Origin: an uncultured Verrucomicrobiae bacterium
GTDB taxonomy: Bacteria > Verrucomicrobiota > Verrucomicrobiia > Chthoniobacterales > UBA10450
Assembly (NCBI GenBank): GCA_963834385.1
Contig: CAWIBO010000005.1
Location: 384,001 to 448,000, forward strand
Direction: 5' to 3'
Length of the DNA stretch: 64,000 nucleotides
Each line of letters opens with the position of its first letter. Positions within the stretch are counted from its first letter, which is position 1. The notes beneath the pieces were generated by a model. It searched no databases. It saw only the letters and a list, made by a program, of their open reading frames with translations, and was not told the DNA's origin. Positions 61,979-64,000 of this stretch are shown piece after piece. Both the position numbers and the translations under genes were made by a program.

Positions 61979-64000
61979 TTAGAAAACGCTGATTTCGTAG
62001 AAGCGCTGTGCCGCCGGGAAGGGAGCGGTCAGGGTGCCGTCGTCCGTCCAGTGAATGATGCTGCCGTCGCCGATGTGGACCGGGCTGAGCGTCAGCCAGG
62101 CCGGCGCGTCGAGTGACGCCTTCCAGCCGACGCGATAGCTGATTCCCTCCACGCCCGGCCAGGAAAGCATGAACCCGCCGGCGGCGGGAGCAACCGCGGT
62201 GACGGAGAAACGACTCGCCTCATCGTGCGGATCGGTTCCCCCGTGATATTCGGCGCGATTGCTCGCGCCATCGCCGTCGTCATCCGCGTCGTCCTCGATC
62301 ACGCCATGGAACTGCTTCCAGGAATCGGTCACACCGTGCGGGGAAACGCCGGCGCCGAACCGGACCTCACTGTTCCCGCCCGCGTGCCCAAATTTGATAA
62401 AGAGGCAGGCGGCGGCGGGGTCGTGCCACCATCCCGACGCGCTGCTCTCCCATTCGGCCAGGGTGGCACGCGCGGCCAAACGAATGCCGTTGCGCTCAAC
62501 CCCGGCCGGGGCGGTGGCCGCCATGACCTTGAACGAAACCGGACGCGCGCTGGAATCCAGGGCAAGCCGGGTGATCCCCCCGCTGACGCTACGCTGCGCC
62601 ACCGTGCCGTCATACAGGGTGAAGCTGCCGCCGGTGCCGGGTGAAACGAGGAACCGCAGGCCGGCCGTGGGCGTGGTGATCGCGGGATTGTTGACGTAAT
62701 TCGCGTCGGCCAAAGTCTGCGGGACATCTTCCAGCAACGGGACAATGGCGTCGCCCCGGAGAAAAAGAGGGAACCGGGCCGGGTCCGCATCGGTCCACGC
62801 AACCGTCTGGGCTCCGGCGTGTGCGGCGTGCGTCCAGTAGTCATACCATGTCCCGGCCGGGAGATAGACCATGCGGGTGGTGCTGTTGGCCGTGTTCATC
62901 GGCGCCACGAGCAGTTCATTCCCCAAAAGGTAGGTGTGCCGGATGGGATGAGTGTTCGGATCCGCCTGATGCAGGAGCACGAGGGGACGGATCATTGGCA
63001 GTCCGGTCTGGCTCGCTTCCTCTGCGTAAGTGTACAGATACGGGAAGAGCTGGGTGTGGAAGCGTGCCCAGAAGACGTAGTTGGCCAATGCGGTCGCGCC
63101 GTAGCCCCACGGATACTGGCGAAGATTCCCCGGGTCGACCTGTCGATGAAGCTGCATGATCGGCGTGAGCGCGCCGAACTGCGTCCAGCGCATGAAAAGA
63201 TCGGCTGTGTTCGTCTCGAAATTACTGTTCTGGTAGCCGCCGATGTCGTGACTCCAGAGCGAAAACCCGCTCAGGGCCGCGCTTAGTCCCGCGACGATGA
63301 CGCTTTGCAGCCCGTTGCCGGCGCCAAAGTTCGGCTCGTTGTCACCCGCCCAGCCGACCGGGAAACGCTGGGTGCCGCTGAAACCGCTGCGGGCGAAAAG
63401 CACGCCGGCAGGCCCGAGCACGCTCGCCACCGTTTCATGGTAGCCGAGGCAGTAGCCGTTGCGCATCTCGACCCCGGTGCGGCCGTCGAAATAGGAGGCG
63501 TGCAGGGGAATGTAGGTCTGGGAACCGTTGCTCGTTTCGCCGTCATCGGTCTTGAATCCGCCGATGGCCGGCTCGAGCGAGGCCCCGGCCGTGGTCACCT
63601 TGCTGCCGTCGACGAGCGCCTCGAGCTGCCCCTTCAACCAGTCGCGGGCGCCGGGATTGGTGAAATCAACCGGGCTGCCGCTCCCTTTCCACCAGGGAAC
63701 CACCAGCGGCGGTCCGCCCGGGGAGCTGCGCACGAAATAATTGTTCGCCTGGCCTTCGGCGTAATTCGGCGAGGTCCCGGTGTTTTGCCCGGGCACGCCC
63801 TCGTTGTTCGAGGAGGTGTTGACGAACGGCGTCATCCAGCAAACCACCTTAAGACCGCTGCGCTGGAGAAAAGTCATCATCTCTCCGATGGAAGCGAAGC
63901 CGGGATAAGTGACGCCTTCGTAGGTGCCGGCGGTGGCCCACTGCGTCGTGTTCCAGAGGAAATCGTTGTAGGAAAATTCCCAGGGCGAATCAAAAACGAT
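61979..64000 (-). CDS. GH31 glycoside hydrolase, 5' end beyond window, with C-terminal RFY domain
   Basis: Frame open to the window edge (IVFDSPWE..); DFTNP, GFKTDDGE, WAGD, HDIGGY, RWTQFGA, LLVAP, YLPAGTWYD. Confidence 0.92.
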   Translation of the reverse strand: MVFDSPWEFSYNDFLWNTTQWATAGTYEGVTYPGFASIGEMMTFLQRSGLKVVCWMTPFVNTSSNNEGVPGQNTGTSPNYAEGQANNYFVRSSPGGPPLVVPWWKGSGSPVDFTNPGARDWLKGQLEALVDGSKVTTAGASLEPAIGGFKTDDGETSNGSQTYIPLHASYFDGRTGVEMRNGYCLGYHETVASVLGPAGVLFARSGFSGTQRFPVGWAGDNEPNFGAGNGLQSVIVAGLSAALSGFSLWSHDIGGYQNSNFETNTADLFMRWTQFGALTPIMQLHRQVDPGNLRQYPWGYGATALANYVFWARFHTQLFPYLYTYAEEASQTGLPMIRPLVLLHQADPNTHPIRHTYLLGNELLVAPMNTANSTTRMVYLPAGTWYDYWTHAAHAGAQTVAWTDADPARFPLFLRGDAIVPLLEDVPQTLADANYVNNPAITTPTAGLRFLVSPGTGGSFTLYDGTVAQRSVSGGITRLALDSSARPVSFKVMAATAPAGVERNGIRLAARATLAEWESSASGWWHDPAAACLFIKFGHAGGNSEVRFGAGVSPHGVTDSWKQFHGVIEDDADDDGDGASNRAEYHGGTDPHDEASRFSVTAVAPAAGGFMLSWPGVEGISYRVGWKASLDAPAWLTLSPVHIGDGSIIHWTDDGTLTAPFPAAQRFYEISVF

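Overview
High-GC chromosomal window from a Verrucomicrobiota bacterium; the 16S sequence looks Chthoniobacterales/Spartobacteria-like, near the DA101/Ca. Udaeobacter group (recognised by eye, not searched). Many genes carry single-base indels, most likely long-read consensus errors, so several CDS below are reconstructed across frames. Main contents: (1) an arsenic methylation/arsenosugar-type operon (arsM - MIP channel - PiT - arsS), separated from a TIGR04283-like glycosyltransferase by an integrase-less integron cassette array carrying HEPN-motif, HNH and toxin-antitoxin genes; (2) housekeeping genes (pdxJ, acpS, yggS, manA, surE, Ku, HDAC, OsmC); (3) a 16S rRNA gene with no 23S in the window, whose usual spacer tRNAs Ala(TGC) and Ile(GAT) lie 8.7 kb apart; (4) four secreted proteins with different N-termini and a shared C-terminal NxSTR domain, one with 14 near-identical 144-bp kelch repeats whose variation is concentrated in two spots; (5) two class III nucleotide cyclases, one a CHASE2 cyclase with non-canonical base-specificity residues, divergent from a FecR + outer-membrane barrel pair; (6) six intergenic mosaics built from the same ordered modules (two REP/REPIN-like palindrome families plus 9-bp and 7-bp periodic tracts), each just downstream of a + strand gene.
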